64,000 nucleotides of DNA from Nitrosopumilus sp. (GCA_965218785.1 OZ244650.1:160001-224000); one strand, 5' to 3'; positions 38,581-48,958 are shown, counted from the first letter of the stretch. Notes: generated from the sequence alone by a model not told the origin. A program made the numbers and translations.

Positions 38581-38933
38581 ATTATTTTCAGGATTCCAAT
38601 TTTATTATTCATACTTACCTTTGGATAAAATCCACTAATCTCTCTAGTTTTTTGATGATTTTTAGTTCACGAACTTTGTCTTTTCGCTATCTGTTGATTT
38701 TTACAAATGTTTTTGGAATTAATCTTGGGAGAGAGGATATGAGCATTTCAATATGATAAATTTTTGATATCATCCTAAATTCTGTTGTAGATATACTAAA
38801 GACAAAATAAAATCCAGACGTCCAGAATTTAATCTACAAATTAAATATCTTAAAGAACCTGAAAGTGGTCATACATGTATTTATAAAAATAGGGTGTTAA
38901 GAGATAATTACTTGAACTTTTATACATCAGATA

Positions 38934-40145
38934 TTGAATTCAAAAATTCATAAAACTAACCTCAAAAATATTTTGACCATTAGATACGATCCCTCAAAAA
39001 CTTCCCAACAATTGATTTCAACTAAAAATTTTTTGCCATACGTAAATGATCCTAATGGAGTTAAAACTGAAAAACTTCTTACACAATCAATAAAAAAATT
39101 TTTTGGTTCTGATGACAAACCCATTGCAATTTCATTAAGTGGGGGAATTGATTCCACGTTAGCCTTGGGATTAATAAGAAAAACATTTCCTAATACCAAG
39201 ATTATTGCATTATGTGGTATTTTTGAGGATGGATTTGATGAATCTATTACTGCTAAAAAAATTGCCAAAAAATTTGATGCTGATTTTTATCCTGTTAAAA
39301 TGTCATCAGTATTTACTGACATGCCAGAACTTATTTCAATTACTGGAAAACCAAAATGGAATACATATATCCATTTAATAGCAAAAAACGCGAAAAAATT
39401 CACAAATAATTTTGTTACCGGAGATGGGGCTGATGAAATATTTGGAGGTTACACATTTAGATATTCCAAATTCCTAAATTTATTAAAACCGGATGATACC
39501 TGGCTTACTAAAACAAAAAATTATCTTGAATGTCATAATCGTGATTGGGTGCCTGACCAAAATCAAATGTTTGGTAAATCAATCAAATTTGATTGGGCAG
39601 AAATTTATCCATATTTTAAACCATATTTTAAAAATAATTTACAACCTCTGAATCAACTAATGCTTGCAGATTATAATGGTAAACTTGTTCATGATTTTAT
39701 ACCTATTGGTAATACAATTACGAAACATTATGGACTAAAACCATTTTCTCCATTCCGAAATAACGATGTAATTTCATTTGGTTTAAAATTGCCAATTTCT
39801 CAAAAATTTGACATTGAATCTAAAAAAGGAAAACTTGTTTTAAGAAAAATTTCCAAACGATTAGGAATTGATCACATTGATGATAAAAGAGGATTTTCCC
39901 CCAATCTATTTTTTGATTGGAAAAAAAATGGAAAAAAAATATCCAATTCATACATTATGGATAAAGACAGTAATATTTTCAAACAAAAATTAATTGATTA
40001 TGATTGGGTTTTGAATGCCATAGATAAAGTGGAAAATGACGGTGATATTCGTTATCTCAATAGAATTATATCCATTTTAGCATTAGAAATATGGTATAGA
40101 CTCTTCATCTTGAAGGAAATAAAGCCATCAAAAAAACTGATTTAA
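38934..40145 (+). CDS. Asparagine-synthase C-terminal (synthetase-only) domain protein
   Basis: SLSGGIDS PP-loop, TGDGADEIFGGY, KGKLVLR, DDKRGF; no N-terminal Ntn glutaminase domain. Confidence 0.85.
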   Translation: MNSKIHKTNLKNILTIRYDPSKTSQQLISTKNFLPYVNDPNGVKTEKLLTQSIKKFFGSDDKPIAISLSGGIDSTLALGLIRKTFPNTKIIALCGIFEDGFDESITAKKIAKKFDADFYPVKMSSVFTDMPELISITGKPKWNTYIHLIAKNAKKFTNNFVTGDGADEIFGGYTFRYSKFLNLLKPDDTWLTKTKNYLECHNRDWVPDQNQMFGKSIKFDWAEIYPYFKPYFKNNLQPLNQLMLADYNGKLVHDFIPIGNTITKHYGLKPFSPFRNNDVISFGLKLPISQKFDIESKKGKLVLRKISKRLGIDHIDDKRGFSPNLFFDWKKNGKKISNSYIMDKDSNIFKQKLIDYDWVLNAIDKVENDGDIRYLNRIISILALEIWYRLFILKEIKPSKKLI

Positions 40146-40155
40146 TTTTTGCTGC

Positions 40156-41244
40156 CTAATTTATTGTTTGAGAAATAATCTTACAAATTTTTTCCTGATC
40201 TTCATTTGTTAAATCCTTCTGAAGAGGAAGTGTTAATGCATTATAAAATAATTTTTCTGAATTTTCAAGATTGCCAATCCTCTTAAAGTTCTTGTATGCC
40301 GGTTCTAAATGTAATGCATAAGTGCCAATTTGACTTTGAATATTTTCATCAGCTAATGCTTTTCTAATTTTGTCTCTGTTCCCTTTTTTTTCTACATAAC
40401 ATGTATAGGATTGAAACGTTTGTCTAGTTCCATCTCCAACATATGCGGGTTTTATCCCATCTATTTTTGTAATCATTTCTTTGTAAATACCGGCTTTTTC
40501 AATTCTATCCTGAATTATCTTTTCAATTTTTTTCATTTGAACTAGTCCAATTGCACTAAGAATGTTTGATAACTTGTAATTTGTTCCAATTATTTCAAAC
40601 GAACTCCCTTTGGCACCAAAATGTTTGTATGAATGACAATATTCTGCCATCTCATCATCATTGGTAGTAATCATTCCTCCCTCACCTGTTGTAATTACTT
40701 TTCTTGGATGAAAACTAAAACATGAAAAATCTGCAATATTCCCAACAAACTCATTTCCAATTTTTGAACCCAAACTACCAGCTGAATCTTCAAGACATTT
40801 TAGACCCAAATCTTTTGCTTTTTTATACACGTCTAATTCTAGCGGAACTCCCCCCCATGAAACTGGTGAAAATACACTCATTTTATCATCATATCCTTCT
40901 TCTAGAATTTCCCTAGTCATATTCATACTATTGATGTCAACATCTGCAAGAACTGGAATTCCTCCTGCTAAAACCACTGCTTCAGCTGTTGCCGGATAAG
41001 TATAATCAGGAACAAGTACTTCTTGATCTTTAATATCTAGTCCTTCAAGTACTGTATGTAATCCAGTTGTACAAGATGTTACTGCAATTGCATGCTTTAC
41101 TCCTAGATATGATGCAACCTGCTCTTCAAATTCTTTCGTTGTTTTACCTTCTGTAAGAAATTTTGTATCGAAGACTTTTCTAATTTCATCAATTTCCTCA
41201 TCTCCAACATCTGGAATTGCTAAAGGTATCATTTTATTTTCCAA
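40156..41244 (-). CDS. DegT/DnrJ/EryC1/StrS family sugar aminotransferase
   Basis: EDSAGSLG, FSFHPRKVITTGEGG PLP-lysine motif, GTNYKLS. Confidence 0.92.
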   Translation of the reverse strand: MENKMIPLAIPDVGDEEIDEIRKVFDTKFLTEGKTTKEFEEQVASYLGVKHAIAVTSCTTGLHTVLEGLDIKDQEVLVPDYTYPATAEAVVLAGGIPVLADVDINSMNMTREILEEGYDDKMSVFSPVSWGGVPLELDVYKKAKDLGLKCLEDSAGSLGSKIGNEFVGNIADFSCFSFHPRKVITTGEGGMITTNDDEMAEYCHSYKHFGAKGSSFEIIGTNYKLSNILSAIGLVQMKKIEKIIQDRIEKAGIYKEMITKIDGIKPAYVGDGTRQTFQSYTCYVEKKGNRDKIRKALADENIQSQIGTYALHLEPAYKNFKRIGNLENSEKLFYNALTLPLQKDLTNEDQEKICKIISQTIN

Positions 41245-41488
41245 TCACGTTTGGGATTTTTAATCTACTTTATAAGGTAATGGATAAGCAAGATGTACGA
41301 GGTTACCTGCCCTAAATCCTAGCCATGACCTCCTCTACGATGTTTTTTCCATGTGCCCTACATGTCAGGACACGTCATGATGTTGGATATCATGACTAAT
41401 GGATCACGCTTTTATCTTGTTGATAAAATTGTGAGAATAGGTGGCCTCATACAGCAAGATATTTTAAAAGACTTTTTCATATATTGTT

Positions 41489-42376
41489 ATGAAAATATTG
41501 ATTTTAGGTTCTGAAGGATTTGTGGGACATAATTTAGTCAAAGCTTTATCTAAAAATCATGAAATATTTTGTGCTGATTTAATTTCTAATAGTGACCATA
41601 AAAATTACAAGCAATTTGATATCACTGATTCTTCTAGTGTCGATCAAATTGTTAGAGATGTTGATGTTGTAATTGATCTTGCTGCCCATTCTTTAGTTTC
41701 TTCTCTTGATGGATCTGTACAAAATGCAAAAGTCAATATCATTGGATTACTAAATGTATTAGAATCTTGTAGAAAAAATGACATCAAAAAAATTATTTTT
41801 ACTTCAGCATCTTCTATGATTGGTGCTCCTAATTCTGAACAAGTTTCTGAAGATCATCCCGCATTTCCTAAAACTGCATACGGAATAACAAAACTTGCAT
41901 CTGAACACTATCTGAGATTATATAATGAATTGTATGGAGTAAATTTTGTAGTTTTTAGATTTTTTAATATTTATGGACCATATCAAAAAAACGGTCTAAT
42001 TCCAACTCTCTATAACAGAATAAAAAATGGTGAATCTTTAATGGTGTTTGGGAAAGGCGATCAGATTAGAGATTATGTGTTTATTGAAGATATAGTGCAC
42101 TTTTTTGAAGAAGCGGTTTCATCAGATATTGGTAATAATCAAATTTTTAACATGGGTACCGGAAAAGGCTCTACAATCTCCGATATTATTGAAATTCTAT
42201 CTAAAACTCTTCAAATTTCCCCAACTATTGAAAATAAATCTGAAAGACCTGGAGAAATTGGAAATTTTGTAAGTGATACCACCAAATTAAATTCTGTTTT
42301 CGGAAAAATCCCCTCAACATCTGTTGCCATTGGTATTCAAAAAACTGCTGAATGGTTAAAACAGCGTAAAAATTAA
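41489..42376 (+). CDS. NAD-dependent epimerase/dehydratase
   Basis: GSEGFVG, YGITK, RFFNIYGP, DQIRDYV. Confidence 0.9.
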   Translation: MKILILGSEGFVGHNLVKALSKNHEIFCADLISNSDHKNYKQFDITDSSSVDQIVRDVDVVIDLAAHSLVSSLDGSVQNAKVNIIGLLNVLESCRKNDIKKIIFTSASSMIGAPNSEQVSEDHPAFPKTAYGITKLASEHYLRLYNELYGVNFVVFRFFNIYGPYQKNGLIPTLYNRIKNGESLMVFGKGDQIRDYVFIEDIVHFFEEAVSSDIGNNQIFNMGTGKGSTISDIIEILSKTLQISPTIENKSERPGEIGNFVSDTTKLNSVFGKIPSTSVAIGIQKTAEWLKQRKN

Positions 42377-42419
42377 ATCATTACCTTAAATTACTAGTTT
42401 CAAAAACTTCATTATTAGA

Positions 42420-43757
42420 TTGAAATCAAAACAAAATAATTTGGATTTATCTAAAACTACCGTTGCTGTATATGGTTTGGGAAATGTAGGCGGCCCTATC
42501 GCCGCTGCTTGGCTACGTAAAGGTGCTAATATTATCGGTGTTGACATATCACGGAAACTGCTTGATTCCATTAAAAATGGCACTTCTCACATGAAAGAAC
42601 CCTTTGTTTCAAATTTATTTTCAAAACATCTTAAAAATAAAACATTATCTTTATCATCTGATGGAATCCAAGCTTCCAAAAATTCAACAATTAAAATCAT
42701 TTCTGTCCCCGTTGATATCAAAAAAAATAAAATTGATTTAGCAGCAGTAATATCTGTATCAAAAAACATTTCAAAAGGACTAAAGAAAGGCGATGCTGTT
42801 ATAGTTTGTCCATCATTGCCTCCTGGCATAACAAGAAATATTCTTTTACCAATTTTAGAAAAAGAAAATAATCTAAAAGGCGAAAAAGATTTTTTTTTAA
42901 TTTATAATCCTGAACGAATTTTTGTAGGTAAAGCATTAGCGGACATTGAAGAAAATTATCCTGCAATAGTTGCCGGATTGGGTAAAAAAAGTCTTGAATT
43001 TGGCGTGTCTCTTTTAAAAATCATATCCAAAAAAGGTGTTCTTCAAATGAGTTCATTAGAAAATGCTGAAGCTGAAAAATTATTTGAGGGCGTTTATCGT
43101 GATGTAAATATTGCATTGGCAAATGAGTTATCTGATTATTGTGAAAAAATTGGTATAGATTACTGGGAATCTCGTAAGGGGGCAAATTCTCAGCCTTCTT
43201 GCCACCTTCATTATCCCGGAACAGGTGTAGGAGGATTATGTATTCCTATTTACCCACAACTGGTGTTAGAATCTTCTAAAAAAATCGGAAAATCATTGAA
43301 AATAATAGAATTTTCAAGAAAGATAAATGATTCCATGCCTAAAAAATGTGTTAAAGATGCATTAAATCTACTATCGAAAAATAAAACTGTAAAAATAAAT
43401 TCCAAAATCGCCGTATTAGGATTAGGATTTAGGGGAGAAGTTACTGATTCTCGTCTATCACCTACTTATGATGTAATCAACGAATTTTTAAAGAAAAATT
43501 TTCTTGTTTCAGTACATGATCCATTTATTTTTGAAGATAACAATTTACCAAAAAATGTAATTCTTTCTTCAGATCTAAATTCTACTATTCAAGATGCGGA
43601 TCTGATTTTTGTCTCTACTGATCATAAAATGTATTCAAAATTAACCAGTAAACATTTTTCAAAATCAAAAAAACCGCTTTTAATTTATGATGGAAGAAAA
43701 ATTTTATCTGATAAAAATTTTCCATCCAAATCATTGTTAACAATTGGTAAGAGATAA
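42420..43757 (+). CDS. Nucleotide-sugar dehydrogenase (WecC/TviB-like)
   Basis: YGLGNVG, NPER, EGVYRDVNIALANE, PGTGVGGLC. Confidence 0.9.
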   Translation: MKSKQNNLDLSKTTVAVYGLGNVGGPIAAAWLRKGANIIGVDISRKLLDSIKNGTSHMKEPFVSNLFSKHLKNKTLSLSSDGIQASKNSTIKIISVPVDIKKNKIDLAAVISVSKNISKGLKKGDAVIVCPSLPPGITRNILLPILEKENNLKGEKDFFLIYNPERIFVGKALADIEENYPAIVAGLGKKSLEFGVSLLKIISKKGVLQMSSLENAEAEKLFEGVYRDVNIALANELSDYCEKIGIDYWESRKGANSQPSCHLHYPGTGVGGLCIPIYPQLVLESSKKIGKSLKIIEFSRKINDSMPKKCVKDALNLLSKNKTVKINSKIAVLGLGFRGEVTDSRLSPTYDVINEFLKKNFLVSVHDPFIFEDNNLPKNVILSSDLNSTIQDADLIFVSTDHKMYSKLTSKHFSKSKKPLLIYDGRKILSDKNFPSKSLLTIGKR

Positions 43758-43760
43758 TTA

Positions 43761-45332
43761 TTATTTCTGTTTTTCATATAATTTATAATTTATTTTAAAT
43801 ATTTTTAAACCATATTCAAATTCATACTCTGATGAATCATAAATTTTTTCTAAAAATATAAAATCATCTGTGTTTTTATATAAATCTGAAATAATTTTTG
43901 GATCATTCCTGCCATCTAATACAAAATGAGTTATATCATTACTTTTCATATATGTCATCAACTCATCTATCGAATCAAAATCTCCAAAAATTGGCCATCC
44001 ATAGTCGGATAATCTTATTGGAATTGAATTATTATTTATGATTGGAAATGATTCTAATTCATAAAACCTATGAACGGGAATGAATTTGGCTTCTTGACCA
44101 TAAAGATTGATTCGTTGAGTTTCTGAATAAACAATTTTGGATATTTCAAATGCCTCTTTTTCATGTTCCAAATCAATTTTATCATCTAGATAAAGTATGG
44201 ATGATGCCAAAATTATAATCAATCCTATTACTACTAGCTGTTTTTCTTTATTGATTCTCTTTGAAAAATCTCTTAAACTTATTACAGATACAACACAAAA
44301 TAACGGATATAGAGTAAACATGTATCTGGTATCTGATGCTACACTCAGAGCATAGATTATGGGAACGGAGAAAATAATTGAGCATAAAATGATGAATTTT
44401 CTTTCAAAATTCCTATTTTTCAAAACTAGAATATACCCATATGGCACAAAAACTAAAAACGTTGGAATCATCACCCATCCAAAAAATTTAACAAAATTTT
44501 CAAAACCTAAAATAATTAATTGATTTGAATTTCCACTTTCTACTCCACGATTAATTGCACTTTGTGATGATGATTCTATGGCATAAAGAATCCGACTTAA
44601 AATCCCGTCCTCTCCAATCGTATCTATTCTGATACTGATCATTGGCAACAAAATTATTGTTAAAATAATAATACAAATTAGATATTTAATTAAGTCTTTT
44701 TTGTTATTTTTATGTCTTAGAAAAAATCCTATTGATAGTGCCATAAAAAGAAAAATTGCTTCAATTCGAATTAAAATCATTAGTGATGTAATAGCAAAAG
44801 CAAGATATGTAAAATTAATTCTATTTTTTAAGAATAAATAAATTGATAATGTTAAAAGTAAAAGTAATATTGGTTCTGTAATACCTAATGTTGAGTTTTG
44901 AATAATTCTGGGTTCAAACACAAATAAACCTGCTCCAAAGACTGCAAAAATAGACGGAACAAATCTTTTACATAATAAATAAATTGGAATTATCGTTGCT
45001 ACTGATATTGTAATTGATACCAGTCTTTGCAGACCCATAAAGTCTAAAAAATTATTTGAATCATACAAAGCAAAAAATATTGATAAAAATGATGGCCATC
45101 CATTATTTGTTGCATCAGGATATCCGATTGGAAAATATCCGGATTGACTCATATCTATTGCATACCAAAAGTAAATTAATCCATCAAGAGTTATTGGAAG
45201 TTCAAATGATACAAAGTTAATTCTTACAATAAATCCAATTACTGCTATAACTACTAAAGAAATAATGATGCTCTTTTTACTTGATAAAAAATTATCATTC
45301 TCCTTATATTTTGATTTATCTAAAAATGACAA
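43761..45332 (-). CDS. GT-C (GT39/ArnT-like) multi-TM glycosyltransferase
   Basis: About 11-12 TM segments, PITLDG.IYF after TM1, NSTLGITEP, DTRY; no WWDYG so not AglB. Confidence 0.7.
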   Translation of the reverse strand: MSFLDKSKYKENDNFLSSKKSIIISLVVIAVIGFIVRINFVSFELPITLDGLIYFWYAIDMSQSGYFPIGYPDATNNGWPSFLSIFFALYDSNNFLDFMGLQRLVSITISVATIIPIYLLCKRFVPSIFAVFGAGLFVFEPRIIQNSTLGITEPILLLLLTLSIYLFLKNRINFTYLAFAITSLMILIRIEAIFLFMALSIGFFLRHKNNKKDLIKYLICIIILTIILLPMISIRIDTIGEDGILSRILYAIESSSQSAINRGVESGNSNQLIILGFENFVKFFGWVMIPTFLVFVPYGYILVLKNRNFERKFIILCSIIFSVPIIYALSVASDTRYMFTLYPLFCVVSVISLRDFSKRINKEKQLVVIGLIIILASSILYLDDKIDLEHEKEAFEISKIVYSETQRINLYGQEAKFIPVHRFYELESFPIINNNSIPIRLSDYGWPIFGDFDSIDELMTYMKSNDITHFVLDGRNDPKIISDLYKNTDDFIFLEKIYDSSEYEFEYGLKIFKINYKLYEKQK

Positions 45333-45378
45333 TCATAAATTAATCCTTGTTAGATTTATTTATATTGTTATATTATCA

Positions 45379-45645
45379 CGGGGTATTGAGAACGGATACA
45401 AGAATGCAAAGGCAGTCAGACCCCGTACTACTAGCATAAACAGATCAGTCAGAATATTCATGTTTTTCATGTCTCTCTTTATTTACAATCCCCGGATTAT
45501 TCTCAGGACAAGCAATGGACACATTCGACTTGCAGACCTCTGATGTGGATGAATATTATAATACGCAGTAATGATGTGTTTTACCGCAGGCCGCCGGTTC
45601 CGCCGTGAGATGGGGAGTTGATCTAAGGCACACAATCGGAACTTT
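45379..45645 (+). mobile_element. ISH3/IS4-like transposase C-terminal remnant
   Basis: GC-richer patch translating RGIENGYKNAKAVRPRTTSINRSVRIFMFFMSLFIYN, matching the WGIE.GY...R.RTTS....R.F.F......YN.W tail of ISH3-type transposases. Confidence 0.6.
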
Positions 45646-45649
45646 TGAT

Positions 45650-46792
45650 CTAGATATTTCTTTTTAAAAATAGATTGTCTACCAAAATACAATAAATTGC
45701 TGAAGCCGTTGCAGCTAAAACTAAAGCTGCAGCAATTCCATTTATTCCATAAATATTACCCAAAACGACTATTCCCACTATTTGAACAGTAGTCCATATA
45801 GCTGATGAAATTAATACTAAACGGCTTTTCTCTCTACCAAGAAATTTTGTCTGATATGTTATTGCTATTGTACTTGGAATTACTGAAATACTAACTATTT
45901 GTATAATCCCCTCTGCTTCTACAAATTTCGGAAAAATTGATCCAATTACAATTGGTCCCACCGTAAATCCTAGCACTGCAATACATAATGCAAACAAAAT
46001 TAATATTTTCTTTAATTTTATATTCTCATTTCCTGTAGCATCATTTGGCATTAAATATTTGGCAACTGCTATTGGAATCAAATTTAACAAAGTTAGAAAC
46101 TGCAAACCCAAAGAGTAATTTCCGAGTAATGCAAATCCAAATAATGGACCAATAATTAATTTATCAACTGATCCGTTCAATACTCCAGAAAGAGTTTGTA
46201 AATAGCTATTTGTAATAAAACCTAATCTTTCTTTTACTAATACAAAATCTACTTTGTTTTTTCTAAATCCTTTTACAATTCCATGTATGTATGGGGCAAA
46301 TGAAATTGAAATTCCAATAATAATTCCACTTTCCCCAATTATATAATAAAATCCAATTCCTAATATTACCATTAAAATCCGTTGGGTTAAAACGTACTTT
46401 GCATACTCTCTGTAGAGTTTATGACCTAGAACTTCGGCAATTATCAAGCTAAAAATTATGTATCCCAGTATCAATAAACTAATTCCCAAATCAAAAAATA
46501 TGAGAAATACAACTATCGACGAAATTAATCCTGCTGATAATGTAATAACGTACAATGCAGGCTGTATTGGGATTTTTTTTGCTGTATAGATTGTTAAAGT
46601 GTTTGAAGCACCTAGCAATGAAATTGTTGAGACTAATCCTGCAATTGATAGGGCATATGTGATATGTCCGTATGTTTCCGGCCCTAATATGGAGGCAATA
46701 TAAAACCAAAATATTGCCGATATTCCAGATGCTGTAATATCTGCAATACCTATGGAAGATATATCCTTGAATTTTTCCCAAATTCTTGTCAT
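45650..46792 (-). CDS. wzx: Oligosaccharide flippase (Wzx/MOP superfamily)
   Basis: About 12 TM segments, LGPETYG, VDKLIIGPLFGFALLGNYS. Confidence 0.85.
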   Translation of the reverse strand: MTRIWEKFKDISSIGIADITASGISAIFWFYIASILGPETYGHITYALSIAGLVSTISLLGASNTLTIYTAKKIPIQPALYVITLSAGLISSIVVFLIFFDLGISLLILGYIIFSLIIAEVLGHKLYREYAKYVLTQRILMVILGIGFYYIIGESGIIIGISISFAPYIHGIVKGFRKNKVDFVLVKERLGFITNSYLQTLSGVLNGSVDKLIIGPLFGFALLGNYSLGLQFLTLLNLIPIAVAKYLMPNDATGNENIKLKKILILFALCIAVLGFTVGPIVIGSIFPKFVEAEGIIQIVSISVIPSTIAITYQTKFLGREKSRLVLISSAIWTTVQIVGIVVLGNIYGINGIAAALVLAATASAIYCILVDNLFLKRNI

Positions 46793-46828
46793 GATTCTAA
46801 ATTTAATTAATTAGCCCGATAAAATATC

Positions 46829-47716
46829 TTAGCTATTCCTTTTTTGTGTTGCAGAAATACTAAACAAAACCACTGACATTAGTAACAATATGATTCCTAT
46901 CATTATTGTTGTCATTGAGATTAGTGTGAATGGAATGGAAAAATATCTAGTCTCATTAAATGTAATTAATACAAAAACCCCAAAAATAACCCCTACTGTG
47001 ATTAATCCCATTCCTGGCAGTCCTAAATATCGTAAAGGATGATTAATTGCTATAATTTCAAGCAATGACACAATTACTTCTGTACTGTGACTGATAGGAC
47101 TCTTAGTTGAAGTACTATTTCCAGTATTATAAATAACTGAAACTTTTTCTTCGACAATTTTTAATCCTTTTTTGGATGCATCAACAAGAATTTCTGAATC
47201 TACTCCAAATCCTTTAGTTGTAATGTTTATTGAATTAATTGCTTTTTTAGAATATGATCTAAATCCTCCTTGTGTATCTCTAAATGGAAGTTCAGATGCT
47301 AGGTTTGTGAATTTATCCAATATTTTATTTCCTATTTTTCTATAAGATGGCATTTCTTCATTATCATCAAATCTATAACCGATAACTATGTCTACATTGT
47401 CTTTAATTATCGGTTTAGCAATCTTTGGTATTTCTTCAGGTAAAAACTGCCCATCGCCATCAATAGATATCATAACATCAGCATCAATTTTTTTTGCATA
47501 TGCAAAAATTGTCTTCATTGCTTCACCTTTACCTTCATTTTGTTTATGTTGAAGAACTACAGCTCCTGCATTAGTTGCTACTTTGGATGTATTATCTGTA
47601 GATCCATCATCACATACTACGACTATATCTACATATTTTTTACAACGTTGAATAACATCTTCAATTACTTTCTCTTCATTATATGCAGGTATGCCCGCAA
47701 TTTTTTGCATATTCAT
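46829..47716 (-). CDS. GT2 glycosyltransferase (dolichol-phosphate glycosyltransferase-like, two C-terminal TMs)
   Basis: IPAYNEE, DDGSTD, GKGEA, DGDGQ, DTQGGFR. Confidence 0.9.
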   Translation of the reverse strand: MNMQKIAGIPAYNEEKVIEDVIQRCKKYVDIVVVCDDGSTDNTSKVATNAGAVVLQHKQNEGKGEAMKTIFAYAKKIDADVMISIDGDGQFLPEEIPKIAKPIIKDNVDIVIGYRFDDNEEMPSYRKIGNKILDKFTNLASELPFRDTQGGFRSYSKKAINSINITTKGFGVDSEILVDASKKGLKIVEEKVSVIYNTGNSTSTKSPISHSTEVIVSLLEIIAINHPLRYLGLPGMGLITVGVIFGVFVLITFNETRYFSIPFTLISMTTIMIGIILLLMSVVLFSISATQKRNS

Positions 47717-47760
47717 AATTAATTCTTACCCATTAAAAATTATCTGTTAACATATTGAGG

Positions 47761-48732
47761 TTAATTCTTCATGTAATAGGACGCAGTGATTTTGAGCCCG
47801 TCTTCTATTGAATATTTGGGAGTCCAATTTAACAATCTTTTAACTTTGGCATTATCCATATTTAATTTTGGAATTTCCAAAGCTCTTTTTGGAAAACTGT
47901 TCCATTGAATTTCACCAGAATAACCTGTTATTTTTCTAATTTTTTCAGCTAATTCCCTAATTGATATTGGCTCGCTTGTTGTAATATTAACAGCTTCTCC
48001 CAAAATTTCTTCATTTTCTGATTCAGCAGCCAAAACATATGCATTTAACAGATCTTCTTCAAATATAAAATCACGAATAGGTTCAGGATCTCCAAGTTTG
48101 ATTGGTGACTTGCCTTGCACCATTTGAAATATTATACTTTCAATAACAAATTGATGATTGAATTTTCTTCCAAACGAATTGGCATTACGAAATATGATTG
48201 CAGGAAATTTATATGCTTGATAAAGATATTTTAAAAAGTTCTCTGCAGCAATTTTTGCAACTCCGTATGGACTTGCTGCATGTAACTGAATCTCATCTTC
48301 TTTTGTAGGATAGTTTTTTTCTGGTTGAATTCCATATTCTTCAGCTGAGCCTGACCAAATGAATCGTTTTAGATTTGGAACTTCTCTTCTTGCCGCTTCT
48401 GCTATATTGAATACCCCCATAAAGTTTACATCAAAAACTTCTTTCATGTGGGTAAAACTGTATGCAACAGAAGTCTGTGCTGCAAGATGAATAATTACAT
48501 CAGGTTGAAAATTTTTTAGAGCATCACTAACTACAAGATAGTCCGTTAAATCCCCGTAATAGTATTGTACGCCTTTAATTGCTTCTCCTCTGATCATATT
48601 TTCTGTATTTGAAGCTCTATCGCCGGTTGCCACATTTCTAGACAAAGTTCCTAATTTATGACTGTGATTAATTAGAGTTTCAGCAATTCTTTGACCCAAA
48701 AAACCGGTGATTCCAGTAAGAAAAATCTTCAT
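47761..48732 (-). CDS. NDP-sugar 4,6-dehydratase/epimerase (GDP-mannose or dTDP-glucose dehydratase-like)
   Basis: TGITGFLG, GDLTD, HLAAQTSVAYSF, SAEEYG, SPYGVAK. Confidence 0.85.
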   Translation of the reverse strand: MKIFLTGITGFLGQRIAETLINHSHKLGTLSRNVATGDRASNTENMIRGEAIKGVQYYYGDLTDYLVVSDALKNFQPDVIIHLAAQTSVAYSFTHMKEVFDVNFMGVFNIAEAARREVPNLKRFIWSGSAEEYGIQPEKNYPTKEDEIQLHAASPYGVAKIAAENFLKYLYQAYKFPAIIFRNANSFGRKFNHQFVIESIIFQMVQGKSPIKLGDPEPIRDFIFEEDLLNAYVLAAESENEEILGEAVNITTSEPISIRELAEKIRKITGYSGEIQWNSFPKRALEIPKLNMDNAKVKRLLNWTPKYSIEDGLKITASYYMKN

Positions 48733-48772
48733 AATTCGAATCAAATTCTTCTTTGTATAAGTTTTTTTATAT

Positions 48773-48910
48773 GAGTTTATGCTTAATTGACAACTCCAGA
48801 GTAACTAACACACAGGCAAGTTTTTCAGATCATACTGATCTAAAAGCAAGGTGGTGTTGAGTTATACATTCAGAATATGTTACAGTTTAAGATCGACTAC
48901 GCATAAACTC
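48773..48910. mobile_element. 138-bp inverted-repeat-bounded MITE-like element, copy 2
   Basis: Left GAGTTTATGCTTAATTGA versus right end reverse complement GAGTTTATGCGTAGTCGA (15/18); flanks TTTTATAT and TATTATTT (6/8). Confidence 0.55.
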
Positions 48911-48958
48911 TATTATTTAAATTCAGTTTTATATACATAAGAAAAAACCAATATTGAT

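Noticed and set aside
43761-45332. Oligosaccharyltransferase AglB
   Set aside because: No WWDYG motif, and the soluble C-terminal domain is too short.
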